Of a stretch of 64,000 nucleotides of DNA, positions 47,996-58,100 are shown in pieces. Under the pieces are notes generated by a model that saw only the letters and a program-made list of their open reading frames with translations, did no database searches and was not told the origin of the DNA. The translations under genes and the position numbers were made by a program. The stretch comes from Candidatus Spyradenecus sp. (GTDB taxonomy: Bacteria; Verrucomicrobiota; Kiritimatiellia; RFP12; DVOR01). The stretch's first letter is position 1, and each line of letters begins with the position of its first letter. The DNA lies in the NCBI GenBank assembly GCA_045605345.1, contig JAZUPT010000016.1, positions 4,363 through 68,362 on the forward strand, given 5' to 3'.

Positions 47996-50041
47996 TTAGT
48001 TTAAGCCATACGTCTTACGCAACGTACGCATCTCATCGCGGAGCAAGGCCGCGCGTTCAAATTCCAAATCCTCAGCGGCCTTTCGCATCTCCGTCTCCAA
48101 TTGCCGCAAGGCGTCCAACACCTCTTCTGTACTCAAGTCGCCCTCAGCAACCTTCAGTGCGCCCGTGTCACGTTTTTTACTCCGCGGGGCGGGATCATTC
48201 TCTGCGCCTGGCATGACCTGCAAGTCTTCATTAATGGCGCGCTTAACCGAACGCGGCACGATGCCATGTTCGGCATTGTATGCCTCCTGCTTCTCACGGT
48301 GGCGACGCGTAATCTCCTTGAGCGCGGCGATGGCGGGCGTCTCCTCATCTGCGTAAAGAATCACCTTGCCACCCGTATTACGTGCACAACGTCCTGCAGT
48401 CTGCACCAACGAGGTCTCGCTACGCAAGAAGCCTTCCTTATCTGCATCCAGGATTGCCACGCGGGTCACCTCGGGGAGGTCAAGCCCTTCGCGGAGAAGA
48501 TTGACGCCGATGAGCGCATCAAAGTCGCCCCTTCGCAAGCGTCCCAAAATCTCTACGCGGCCAATCGCATCAATATCCGAGTGAAGATATTCGCACCGAA
48601 TCCCCACATCCGTGAGATACTGCGCCAAATCCTCACAAGAACGTTTCGTGAGCGCGGCGACCAAGGTGCGCCCCCCCTGCTCTGCGGCGGCACGAATCTC
48701 CTCCATCACGTCATCTATCTGATTCGCGAGCGGGCGCACCTCCACAATCGGATCAAGCAAGCCCGTGGGGCGAATCACCTGTTCAGCCTCAAACTCCGCT
48801 ACGGCGCGTTCGTGAGGGCCTGGGGTGGCAGAGGTGTAGAGAATGCGCGGCATGCGTTCATCAAACTCATCAAAGGTCAGCGGGCGGTTATCCTTCGCCG
48901 ACGGCAAACGGAACCCATTATCCACAAGCACCTGTTTACGCGCTTGGTCACCATTGTACATCGCGCGAATTTGCGGTAAAGTCACGTGGCTTTCATCAAT
49001 GATACAGAGAAAATCAGGGCCAAAATAGTCTACTAAGGTTGGCGGAGGGATGCCTGGACCGCGACCTGCTAAGGGCGCAGAGTAGTTTTCAATCCCCGTG
49101 CAGTAGCCCATCTCCGCGAGCATAGCGAGATCGTACTCGGTGCGTTGGCGGAGGCGTTGCTCCTCCAAGAGCTTACCATTGGCGGCGAGCTCGGTGAGAC
49201 GTTCTTTGAGTTCTGCCTTAATGCGATCCACGCCGTCGAGCAATTGCGAACGCGGCATGACAAATTGTTTTGCGGGAGAGATGAGGCACGATGGCAAAGA
49301 GCCGGTGACTTTGCCCGTGGTTGCGTTGAAACTCTGGAGCGACTCCACCTCATCGCCAAAGTAATTCACGCGGATGCCCTCTGTGGCATAAGAAGGGAAG
49401 ATATCCACCACATCCCCTCTAACGCGAAAGACGCCAGGGCGGGGTTCGTAGTCATTCCGTTGGTATTGGATTTCTGTCAGTTGCGCAAGGAGGTCATCGC
49501 GGGGCAATTCAATGCCAGGGCGCAACGAAATCATCAAACCACGATAGTCCTCTGGCGAGACCAAACCGTAGATACACGACACCGAAGCAACGATGATGAC
49601 ATCCTTACGGCCTAAGAGGCTATGCGATGCAGCAAGGCGAAAACGTTCGAGGTCCTCATTGATGCTGGCATCCTTTTCGATGTAAGTATCGGTCTGAGGG
49701 AGGTAGGCTTCGGGTTGGTAGTAATCGTAATAAGAGATGAAGTACTCGACCGCGTTGTCGGGGAAAAAGGCCTTTAGCTCTGCGTAGAGTTGGGCGGCGA
49801 GGGTTTTATTGTGGGAGATGACGAGTGTGGGGCGCTTAAAGCGGGCGATCACATTGGCCATCGTAAAGGTTTTGCCGCTTCCCGTCACACCACGAAGAAT
49901 CGCACGACGCGCCCCCTTCTCAAAGCCCTCCACTAAGGTGTCGATGGCTTCAGGTTGGTCACCTGTTGGCGCAAAAGCAGAAGCCAAGCGAAATTCCGCA
50001 GGGGCTCCATTCACTTCATTTTCAAATTGCGTTTCCAACAT
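47996..50041 (-). CDS. uvrB: excinuclease ABC subunit B
   Basis: GVTGSGKTFTMAN, beta-hairpin YYDYYQPEAY, helicase motifs, and the C-terminal UVR domain (EAQLAPRATK-like coiled tail). Confidence 0.95.
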   Translation of the reverse strand: MLETQFENEVNGAPAEFRLASAFAPTGDQPEAIDTLVEGFEKGARRAILRGVTGSGKTFTMANVIARFKRPTLVISHNKTLAAQLYAELKAFFPDNAVEYFISYYDYYQPEAYLPQTDTYIEKDASINEDLERFRLAASHSLLGRKDVIIVASVSCIYGLVSPEDYRGLMISLRPGIELPRDDLLAQLTEIQYQRNDYEPRPGVFRVRGDVVDIFPSYATEGIRVNYFGDEVESLQSFNATTGKVTGSLPSCLISPAKQFVMPRSQLLDGVDRIKAELKERLTELAANGKLLEEQRLRQRTEYDLAMLAEMGYCTGIENYSAPLAGRGPGIPPPTLVDYFGPDFLCIIDESHVTLPQIRAMYNGDQARKQVLVDNGFRLPSAKDNRPLTFDEFDERMPRILYTSATPGPHERAVAEFEAEQVIRPTGLLDPIVEVRPLANQIDDVMEEIRAAAEQGGRTLVAALTKRSCEDLAQYLTDVGIRCEYLHSDIDAIGRVEILGRLRRGDFDALIGVNLLREGLDLPEVTRVAILDADKEGFLRSETSLVQTAGRCARNTGGKVILYADEETPAIAALKEITRRHREKQEAYNAEHGIVPRSVKRAINEDLQVMPGAENDPAPRSKKRDTGALKVAEGDLSTEEVLDALRQLETEMRKAAEDLEFERAALLRDEMRTLRKTYGLN

Positions 50042-50061
50042 AACGACCTTCCCCGCTATTA

Positions 50062-50101
50062 TCGCATAAATACGGGGGCTATCGCAATAGCGAAAGCCCC
50101 C
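50062..50101 (-). terminator. stem-loop terminator downstream of the nitroreductase-like gene
   Basis: gggggct-atcgcaatagcgaa-agccccc, followed on the minus strand by gtatttat. Confidence 0.45.
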
Positions 50102-50122
50102 TCAAGAGGTCAAATTAAGCTG

Positions 50123-50731
50123 TTAGCGGATGCCGATGCGCATGCCGTAGAGCACTTCATCCGCATCACACTCCAAGGCTCGCGCCAATTTCGCGCGATC
50201 AATGGAGCCCAAGAAGACGCAGTTCCACTGTTGGGACGTGCAGTAGAGATAGGCATTTTGACCCACGAAGCCACAGTCCACCTGCGCATAGGCGGGGCTC
50301 TGGTCATCCTTGTCATAGGTGAAGATGAGCATCACCGAAGCGCCATTCAACTGATCAGAGAGGTCCTCGCGCGTCTCTTCGCGTTCGAGTTCGTTCTCCT
50401 CCTCATCCCACTCATAGAGACCTTCTGCCGTGAGGACGGCGATATCAATCTCCTGACGATTCATCGCCGAGGGGGCGGTGCGCTTGCCATCCGGACGGGT
50501 AATGCCATTGGCCGCCCAGAGGAGATTGGCCAACTGCTGATGCGTCGGCGCAGCACCCGTTGTACGGCGGCTCGTTTTACGTGCAGCCAACGCATCCAAG
50601 AGCGGCATCCCGCCACTCTTCTCAGGTGTCGGTAGACGGATATCGCCTGCATCATCGGCCAACACTGGTGCGGCAGCGAGGGTAAGTGCCGCCAAAGCGG
50701 CGAGACAACAAGTGCGGAACAAAGTTTTCAT
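50123..50731 (-). CDS. secreted nitroreductase-family protein
   Basis: Signal peptide MKTLFRTCCLAALAALTLAAAPVLA. RTAPSAMNRQ and LLWAANGI match the nitroreductase (PF00881-like) pattern. Confidence 0.55.
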   Translation of the reverse strand: MKTLFRTCCLAALAALTLAAAPVLADDAGDIRLPTPEKSGGMPLLDALAARKTSRRTTGAAPTHQQLANLLWAANGITRPDGKRTAPSAMNRQEIDIAVLTAEGLYEWDEEENELEREETREDLSDQLNGASVMLIFTYDKDDQSPAYAQVDCGFVGQNAYLYCTSQQWNCVFLGSIDRAKLARALECDADEVLYGMRIGIR

Positions 50732-50884
50732 CGTTTGTATCCTTTCGCATTACGAGTTCACACACGGGGTGACAACGCCTTCAGTATAGCAAAGCATTAG
50801 CGCAGGCTAATGCGACTTATTCCATCAATTTCACGCCTGTATACAAGACGTTACAGGTGGAGCGCCAAAGGAAGGCGGTGGATG

Positions 50885-51172
50885 ATGTGGGGGCGACGCC
50901 GCCCCCACACGCCCCTGCGGCAGGACTGAGTCCTGCACCCTACGCATCCTGACGGATGCTTTTACTGGTGCTCACGAGGAGGAAGCAGAAGTGAGCCGCC
51001 GAGGAGGTGACCCGTGGGGTGAGGCGGGGATGGCAGGCTACGGCCTGCCAATCAGATAGGTGAGCGGCTAACGCCGCAAAGCCGCGCAAGCGCGGCCCTC
51101 CTGAGGTGATGAGGTACATAGCCAGCTCACACTTGACTGTCACAAAGGCAGAAGTGAGTCGCCGAGGTTATA
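50885..51172. repeat. mosaic intergenic repeat cluster C (three-hairpin module, two GTGAGYCGCCG modules, inverted CTATC-hairpin module)
   Basis: 50887-50981 is homologous to 12523-12614. 50984-51030 and 51136-51170 carry cagaagtgagYcgccgagg. 51034-51066 ggcaggctacggcctgccaatcagataggtgagcgg is the reverse complement of cacctatctgagcggcaggctgttgcctgcc in the 38-kb tandem unit. Confidence 0.55.
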
Positions 51173-51206
51173 TCGTGGCACCGCCCACCGCGGCGGTGGT
51201 TAGCAC

Positions 51207-51239
51207 AAAAAAGAGGCACCCTTTCGGATGCCTCTTTTT
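51207..51239 (-). terminator. rho-independent terminator of pckG (bidirectional form)
   Basis: aaaaaagaggcaccc-tttc-ggatgcctcttttt is an A-run/hairpin/T-run, 19 nt after the pckG stop. Confidence 0.6.
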
Positions 51240-51257
51240 CGGTAATCGGTCGAAGAC

Positions 51258-53150
51258 TTACTTGTTGAGTGCTTCGGTGATTTCTGCGAGCTTAGCGGTG
51301 AGAGCCGCGGGAATGCGGTCGCCGAACTTCTCCCAGGATTCCTTCACGCCAGCAACTTCCTTCTTCCAACCTTCGACGTCGACGGTGAGGAGTTCCTTGA
51401 GCGTTTCAGGAGTGGTTTCGCAACCAGTCAAATCGATGGCATCATCGGTCGGCATGATACCGATCGGGGTGACCTTGGTGGAAGCCTTGCCTTCGATTGC
51501 TTCGCAGACCCACTTGAGGACGCGGCTGTTGTCGCCGAAGCCAGGCCACATGAAGTTGCCATCAGCATCCTTACGGAACCAGTTCACAAAGAAGACCTTC
51601 GGGAGCTTGTCAGCGGCAACCTTTTCGCCCATTGCGAGCCAGTGACCGAAGTAGTCAGCCATGTTGTAACCGCAGAAGGGCAACATAGCCATCGGGTCAC
51701 GACGCACCTGACCAATCTGGTCGGAGATCACAGCAGCGGTCACTTCGGAGCCAGCAGCGGAACCCATGTACACGCCGTGTGCCCAGTCGGTAGCCATGTT
51801 CACCAAGGGGATGGTGGAGGGGCGACGGCCGCCGAAGAGGATAGCGTCAACAGGAACGCCAGCAGGATCTTCCCATTCCTTAGCAATCACAGGGCACTGT
51901 TCTGCAGGAGCGGTGAAGCGAGAGTTCGGGTGAGCAGCCTTGATGAATTCGCCGGTGCCGTCAGCATTAGCGACCATCTTGTTGGGCTTTTCCTTGGAAG
52001 CGTAGCAGTCATTGCCCTTCCAGTCGATGCCGTGTGCAGGAGCGGGCACGCCCATGTCTTCCCACCAGATGTCGCCGTCGTCGGTAAGCACCACGTTGGT
52101 GAAGATGGTGTTAGCGCGGCAAGCTTCGAGTGCGTTGGGGTTGGAGATCTTGGAGGTACCAGGAGCAACGCCGAAGAAACCGTTTTCAGGGTTAATCGCG
52201 TGGAGCTTACCGGTGTTCTTGTCAACGTGGATCCATGCGATATCGTCACCGCAGGTTTCAACCTTCCAGCCGGGGAGCGTGGGGAGCATCATGGCGAGGT
52301 TGGTCTTACCGCAAGCAGACGGGAATGCAGCGGTCACAAAGTAGCTCTTGTTTTCAGGGCTGGTCAGCTTGAGGATGAGCATGTGTTCTGCCATCCAGCC
52401 TTCCTTCTTCGCGAGAGCGGAAGCGATACGGAGTGCGAAGCACTTCTTACCGAGGAGGGCGTTGCCGCCGTAACCAGAACCGAAGGACCAGATAGCTTCT
52501 TCGCCGGGATCGGTGAACTGAGTGATGTACTTCTTTTCCATCGGAGCGCAAGGCCATGCGACATCTTCCTGGCCGGGTTCAAGCGGAGCGCCCACAGAGT
52601 GGTAGCACTTCACATATTCAGCGCCCTTGTTGATGAGATCGAGAGCAGCGTCGCCCATGCGGGTCATGATGCGCATGTTGCAAACGACGTATGCAGAGTC
52701 GGTGAGTTCCACGCCGAGCTTGGAGAGAGGAGAACCGATGGGACCCATAGAGTAAGGGATGACGTAGAGGGTACGACCCTTCATGCAGCCCTTGTAGAGT
52801 TCCCACATGATCTTCTTCATTTCGGTGGGGTCCATCCAGTTGTTGGTCGGACCTGCGTCATCCTTGTTCTTGCAGCAGATGTAGGTGCGACCTTCCACGC
52901 GAGCAACGTCAGATTCGTGGGAGCGAACGAGATAGCAGCCAGGGCGCTTTTCTTCGTTGAGCTTAATCCATGCGCCGCGAGCGACTTCAGCCGCTGCGAG
53001 AGCATCGTATTCTTCCTGGGAACCGTTGCAGACAACGATTTTGTCGGGGGTGGCGTGATCAGCGAATTCCTTAACCCATGCCTTCAGCTCAGGGTTGGTG
53101 ATTTTATCAAGACAGCAGCAGCTCATGTTGCTTCTCCGGTTGTTGTTCAA
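51258..53150 (-). CDS. pckG: phosphoenolpyruvate carboxykinase (GTP)
   Basis: The N-terminus (NPELKAWVKEFADHATPDKIVVCNGSQEEYD) and the kinase-1a and nucleotide motifs (FPSACGKTN, NWFRKDADGNFMWPGFGDN) match GTP-PEPCK. The start is possibly MSCCCL (53126). Confidence 0.9.
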   Translation of the reverse strand: MNNNRRSNMSCCCLDKITNPELKAWVKEFADHATPDKIVVCNGSQEEYDALAAAEVARGAWIKLNEEKRPGCYLVRSHESDVARVEGRTYICCKNKDDAGPTNNWMDPTEMKKIMWELYKGCMKGRTLYVIPYSMGPIGSPLSKLGVELTDSAYVVCNMRIMTRMGDAALDLINKGAEYVKCYHSVGAPLEPGQEDVAWPCAPMEKKYITQFTDPGEEAIWSFGSGYGGNALLGKKCFALRIASALAKKEGWMAEHMLILKLTSPENKSYFVTAAFPSACGKTNLAMMLPTLPGWKVETCGDDIAWIHVDKNTGKLHAINPENGFFGVAPGTSKISNPNALEACRANTIFTNVVLTDDGDIWWEDMGVPAPAHGIDWKGNDCYASKEKPNKMVANADGTGEFIKAAHPNSRFTAPAEQCPVIAKEWEDPAGVPVDAILFGGRRPSTIPLVNMATDWAHGVYMGSAAGSEVTAAVISDQIGQVRRDPMAMLPFCGYNMADYFGHWLAMGEKVAADKLPKVFFVNWFRKDADGNFMWPGFGDNSRVLKWVCEAIEGKASTKVTPIGIMPTDDAIDLTGCETTPETLKELLTVDVEGWKKEVAGVKESWEKFGDRIPAALTAKLAEITEALNK

Positions 53151-53370
53151 TGTTTCAAGTTTCCCCGCTGGACTTGGCCGCGCACTCGCGCTTCCGCCAC
53201 AACGGGCGCTAAAACGGATTCATTATACCGCAGTTTTGGGGTCTTACGCAAGCATCCTTTTTATCAACCCCCGATTTTGCATCATTTTGACACCCTCCCA
53301 CGCCCCTTTTTATGAGTCCATTGGACTCGCAAGCCCCATTTTACGCCCTTCTCCACATCTCCAACTTCCC

Positions 53371-53409
53371 TATAAATAAAACAAGAGACGCCGACCTGCG
53401 ACGTCTCTT
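53371..53409 (-). terminator. rho-independent terminator of rubrerythrin
   Basis: Minus strand reads aagagacg-tcgcaggtcgg-cgtctctt followed by gttttatttata. Confidence 0.55.
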
Positions 53410-53433
53410 CGTGATTAATTAAGCGTGATACAC

Positions 53434-53967
53434 TTAGTAATTCCGAGCTTCGAGTGCGAAGTAAGCCTTCGGGTGCTTGCACACGGGGCACAATTCAGGC
53501 GCCTTGTCGCTGATGACAATCGCGCCGCAGTTCAAGCATTCCCAACGGTTCTTGCCGCTACGCACGAAGACCTCTCCGGTCTCAACATTCTTAGCGAGCG
53601 CATTGTAACGTTCTTCGTGGCGAGCTTCCACTTCAGCCACAGCGCGCATCTGACGAGCGATTTCAGTAAAGCCTTCTTCTTCAGCTTCATCTGCCATGCG
53701 CTTGTACATGTCGGTCCATTCGTAGTTTTCGCCAGCGGCAGCGGCCTTGAGGTTGTCAATGGTCGAACCGATGCCCTCGAGGTGCTTGAACCACAACTTA
53801 GCATGTTCCTTTTCGTTGTTGGCCGTCTCTTCGAAGATCTTTGAGATCTGGACATAACCTTCCTTCTTAGCGACGGACGCGAAGTAGGTGTACTTGTTGC
53901 GTGCTTGGGATTCGCCTGCGAAAGCTTCCCAGAGGTTCTTTTCGGTCTTGCTACCCTTGAGTTCCAT
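53434..53967 (-). CDS. rbr: rubrerythrin
   Basis: N-terminal diiron ferritin-like domain ([28 protein letters not shown]) and C-terminal rubredoxin CxxC...CPVC. Confidence 0.9.
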   Translation of the reverse strand: MELKGSKTEKNLWEAFAGESQARNKYTYFASVAKKEGYVQISKIFEETANNEKEHAKLWFKHLEGIGSTIDNLKAAAAGENYEWTDMYKRMADEAEEEGFTEIARQMRAVAEVEARHEERYNALAKNVETGEVFVRSGKNRWECLNCGAIVISDKAPELCPVCKHPKAYFALEARNY

Positions 53968-54234
53968 TGTCTCTCTCCTTTTGTTGTTTAAGTGCTACGA
54001 GGACACGTCGTCCTCTCAACGCCACAAAGTATACGATAACTCCACAAATAAAATCAAGCACTTTTTGTAATTATTTCAAAAATAATTTTAAAACAATTGA
54101 AAAATCAGTACTTTCTAAAATCTACTTCTTCCTAAAATCACCCCTTTTAACAAAAACTGCGTATTAAGACCCCCCCATCTACTCCACAAAAAGACAAAAA
54201 AGACCTGCAAACTGACGCTTGCAGGTCTTCAAAT

Positions 54235-54309
54235 GGTCGGCCTCGCGGGGATCGAACCCGCGACCCCAACATTAAAAGTGTCGTGCTCTACCAACTGAGC
54301 TAGAGGCCG
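54235..54309 (-). tRNA. tRNA-Lys (anticodon TTT)
   Basis: Minus-strand sequence CGGCCTC-TA-GCTC-AGTTGGTA-GAGC-A-CGACA-CTTTTAA-TGTTG-GGGTC-GCGGG-TTCGATC-CCCGC-GAGGCCG-A-CCA folds as a cloverleaf with a 7-bp acceptor stem, a TTCGATC T-loop, the anticodon loop CTTTTAA and an encoded CCA. A hairpin (agacctgcaa...ttgcaggtct, 54201-54230) lies immediately 3'. Confidence 0.9.
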
Positions 54310-54321
54310 AAAACGCGCATA

Positions 54322-54330
54322 ATGATACCA
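54322..54330 (-). promoter_or_regulatory. putative extended -10 (TGGTATCAT) for tRNA-Lys
   Basis: Minus strand reads tttGGTATCATtatgcgcgtttt immediately 5' of the tRNA 5' end. Confidence 0.35.
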
Positions 54331-54530
54331 AACGACTCCTCAAGACGCAAGCAAATTCTTTACGCAAGCGGCGTGGCCGAGGGCTAATGCCGTGGGGATT
54401 AAACCGCAACACACGCCAGACACTCAAAAAAGAGGTTCAAGTCCCAAGTGTATGGATAAAATTCAATGTACGGGGAGTTCTTCCTTTACTTTTGCATAGC
54501 TTTGGTTAGGAAAAAGGGCGAAATCAGCTT

Positions 54531-54620
54531 AAGTTTGTAACAAACTGGATTTAAGTTTGTAACAAACTGAGATTGAGTTTGTAACAAACTGGATTTGAGT
54601 TTGTAACAAACTGAGATTGA
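54531..54620. repeat. four tandem 22-23-bp direct repeats, each with palindrome GTTTGTAACAAAC, alternating TGGATTT / TGAGATTG tails (2 x 45-bp super-unit)
   Basis: aagtttgtaacaaactggattt / aagtttgtaacaaactgagattg / agtttgtaacaaactggatttg / agtttgtaacaaactgagattg. The repeats lie in an AT-rich segment about 220 bp upstream of tRNA-Lys. Confidence 0.8.
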
Positions 54621-55104
54621 AAACTGCCCTTATTGCTTAGTTATTTTGTCTCACATGAGATGGTAATTGGGAAGAAGTGTGGATTCTCTAAAGCTAAAAA
54701 CGTGCGTTAAGCCTATGCGCTTAAGTTTTTTGTGTGGGTGGTATGCTTTTAGCACGCTACATGTTTTATTGTTTCTACTACATAGGTTGCACATTTGCGC
54801 AAAATTCTTGCCTTACCTTAATGGAAGGACTATCCTATTTCGCCATTTTTCAAGTTCAGCATCTAATTCACGCGTTGCTCGAAAACTTATGCTGCACTAA
54901 CATCTACACCACAAGGTACATGGAATATATCCTAAACCTTATGCGTTGAAACACCTTAAATGATGCTTTTTGAATTTAAAAATTGAAGTCGACGAATTAA
55001 CTCGTTGTCTTACCTTTATAAGCCTTTTATTCTTTTACCCACACACTTGGAACTTGAACCAAAAAAGATTACCAAAAGGGAATTTAGAATTCACGAAAAA
55101 CACG

Positions 55105-55146
55105 ATCCAAACAAAAAGATAACCTCACGGCACCGTGAGGTTATCT
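55105..55146 (-). terminator. rho-independent terminator of the giant CotH-family gene
   Basis: A perfect 14-bp stem agataacctcacgg-ca-ccgtgaggttatct is followed on the minus strand by ttttgtttgg, 19 nt after the stop. Confidence 0.6.
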
Positions 55147-55164
55147 TTGGAAAAGTGGCGTTCT

Positions 55165-58100
55165 TTAGCGTTCAATCTTCGCCTTGAAGAAACGCGGAAC
55201 GACGCTTGACTTCGTCGCGCGCGGTGCGAGTTGTGCCTCACCCTCCGAGCCAAAATCCTGTTCTTGGGCAACTTCAGTCCATGCGGTATCGCTCAAGTTT
55301 TCCTTGGCGTAGAGTTTGATTTGCCCCTTGATAGAGCCTGTCTTTTCCTTACCATTCACCGTAAGGGTCGCAGTAAGGGTAACATTCCCCTCTGCATCAA
55401 TGGTGAAGGCTGCAATATCCAGTTCCGTGGCCGCTGCCATATCAGCGATCGGTGCTTCATCCAAGAGATAGGCGAGTTCGTAGTCGGCTGCAGCGGTGAC
55501 TTCTGCGAGTGCCGCAGCTTTCACCTTACCATCGGTGATGGCTTCATTCAACCACGTCGCAATTTCCGCCGGCAAGACATTATCCACTGCGACATCGCCA
55601 TCTGCCTTCTTGAGGACGATAGACGTTGCTTCCGTATTCGGTTCAGGAATCCACGTCTTATCATCGCCATAGACGGCAAGACCGATGACAAAGCAAGGAT
55701 CGTTGTTTTTGACGTATTCCTTACGATCATACGCCAAGACAAGCGACTTACCACCCAAGAGCACCGTGCCAGGCGGCAAGGTGAAGACATCTTCAGAATC
55801 CTCAGGGAGTGTCGAGACATCCATCATGCCCTCCACGGTCCAACCGCTCAAGTCGATGGAATCAACATTGGGGTTCGTGAGCTTAATGCCGCCTTCAACC
55901 TTTTCCATCAAGATGGGCGCGAAGGTTTCAGGATGCGCAGCAGGAATGCCCGCATTCTTATCAGAAGCATAACCCGTTTCCCACTCGGAATTATTAATGG
56001 AGTGAGTTTCATAGAGGTGTGTACGACGCGGCACAACGTACTTTTCCCACAAATCTTCAAAAGCCTCATCCCAACCAAGGATGTGATCCCAAACGTAAAT
56101 CACGGTATCCTTGTACTCGGTGCCCCACTTGGCGCGGTCAAGTTCTGCATCGGCAGCGACCACTTCCTTGAAAAGCGTGACGTAATCCCAGAAAGGCGTC
56201 TCCTCTTGCGCGGTGTCAGGCGCCTTGAGGTGTTCATCCATCAAGGTGCGCAAACGGCGCAAGTACATCTGACGAATCTCAGGATTCTGCCAAAGGGCTT
56301 CCACAGCGTAGTTGCCGCTACCAACGGTAGCCCCACTCTTCGCATGCGCACGCACCTTCCAACCGCTGTAGAAGGGATGCGACTTGAATTCGTCGGCTGT
56401 CGGACGAAGACCGATGCGACCTGTTGCGCGATCATCACCAAAATACCATGCGCCAAAGGAGAGGTTATGGTCATAGGCGAGTGGCATCCAGACGTCATTG
56501 CCGTTCTTATCCCAATAGAGGCTGATATTCGCCCAGATGTCGTCCGCTTCCTGCGTAATACGTGCCATCGCGAGATAGTTAATCCACGCAGGGATATCAA
56601 AGGAATCATAGACTGCATTCTTCAATGCTTCGCGTTTAGCAACGATGTCGGCAGAGACTTCAGTGCCCGCCTTTTCAGCAGCGAGTTCAGCTTCGGCCAC
56701 GGCCTGAGAGGTGGAGAAGGTTTGTGCCCATGCAACCATGGGTGCATAAGCCGTTGGACTGGTTTCATCGCCATCATCCGGGGTCTTCTTTTCCACAGAT
56801 CCTGCGGTAGTGCCAACATTTGCGGAAATCGTGCCCACATTCTTATAACCATAACCCATGGGGTCAAGGCCGTAGTAGTCCTCAATGAGTTCGTCCGTAA
56901 AACGATTTGAGTGGAAGGCGAGCTGATAGAATTCGCCATTCAACTGCAACCGCACCGGATAGTGGAAGGGCACCTTATTGCCCGCATTACGCCACATGTG
57001 GAACGAGAGGCTCTGACGGATAAAAGTCGGGTCTGCATATTCCGCCGTAAAAGAGGTCTTGCGGATTTCCTTGAGTTTCGTCCCCTTCTTGCCTTCGAGC
57101 ATATTCTTGCAGGTGAGGGGTTGGCACTTACTGAAACGCAAACCGTGCGACTTCTTGGGGAAGTGTGCAGAGGTGTTGCCGCGCAGGTCAATGCGCACGT
57201 TGTCATAATACGTATCAGTCTGAGCATCGTAGATACCGCAACGTGCGCCCAAAGGATACGCCTTTGAAATGTCGGCATAGTCCTTATCCATCAAGTCAAG
57301 ATTCGTGCTCCCCTCCACAAAGAGATGGAAGGTCTGCAACTTCTCATGGAGCGACGTCTGGTCTGCGGTTGGTTCCACAATCGTACCATACCAATTCGGG
57401 CAGTCATCGGGATTATTGCGCGAAGGCGAAATCCACTGGCGCCCTGCCCCATCGGTAATCCGCGCACCGAACTGAATGAGCAAGCCATTCGCAGGAAGAT
57501 CTTTCGCAGGGATCACGCCCACATAAGCAGGGAACAACTTCTCCACTTCAATGGTTTCTCCCGCTTCATCCTCTTCTTCCACGGTGCGTTGGAAGGCCTC
57601 TTCGGTGAGAGCCATCTCCACATACTTCGTTTCGCCGAAGTTGCAACGATACATGAGTTCCACCTTTGTAATCGCATTTTCTGCGTCATCAGCAATCGGG
57701 TGTACATCTAAAACAACCGTGTAATCTTCGCCAGGCGTTGCCATCGGCTCGGGCAAATAGTAACCAAAGTCTTCAAAGACTTCCTTGTTCGACGGACCGA
57801 TATTCGGGCCATACGGAATTGCAGTGGAGGTGTTGTTCTCAGTGCCAGGGGTCATATCTGGCATGATGACGCGCGTTTCACCTGCAATTTCGCCAGCGAG
57901 TTCTGCCGTAATCAAGACCGACATGCGGCTTGCGTCTTCATCTGCCGTCAACGTCCAAGCCAAAGTGCCAGCCGTAGCACCATCCAATTCAATCGGCGCG
58001 TCCAATTCAATCGCTTTACCTTCCCACGCCAAAGCCAACAAACCTGCGGTCTCAGGTGCAGAGAAGGTCAAAGTCGCGCCCTCTGCATATTCAGGCAAGG

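Noticed and set aside
54667-55187. Three small ORFs (77, 71, 60 aa) in the AT-rich island
   Set aside because: No RBS, no motifs, mutually overlapping. The 60-aa ORF runs through the CotH-gene terminator hairpin. Most likely non-coding, though a small toxin or phage-remnant peptide cannot be excluded.
55231-56910. 559-aa plus-strand ORF inside the giant gene
   Set aside because: Antisense to the CotH-family CDS. No motifs. Open only because of stop-codon-poor composition.
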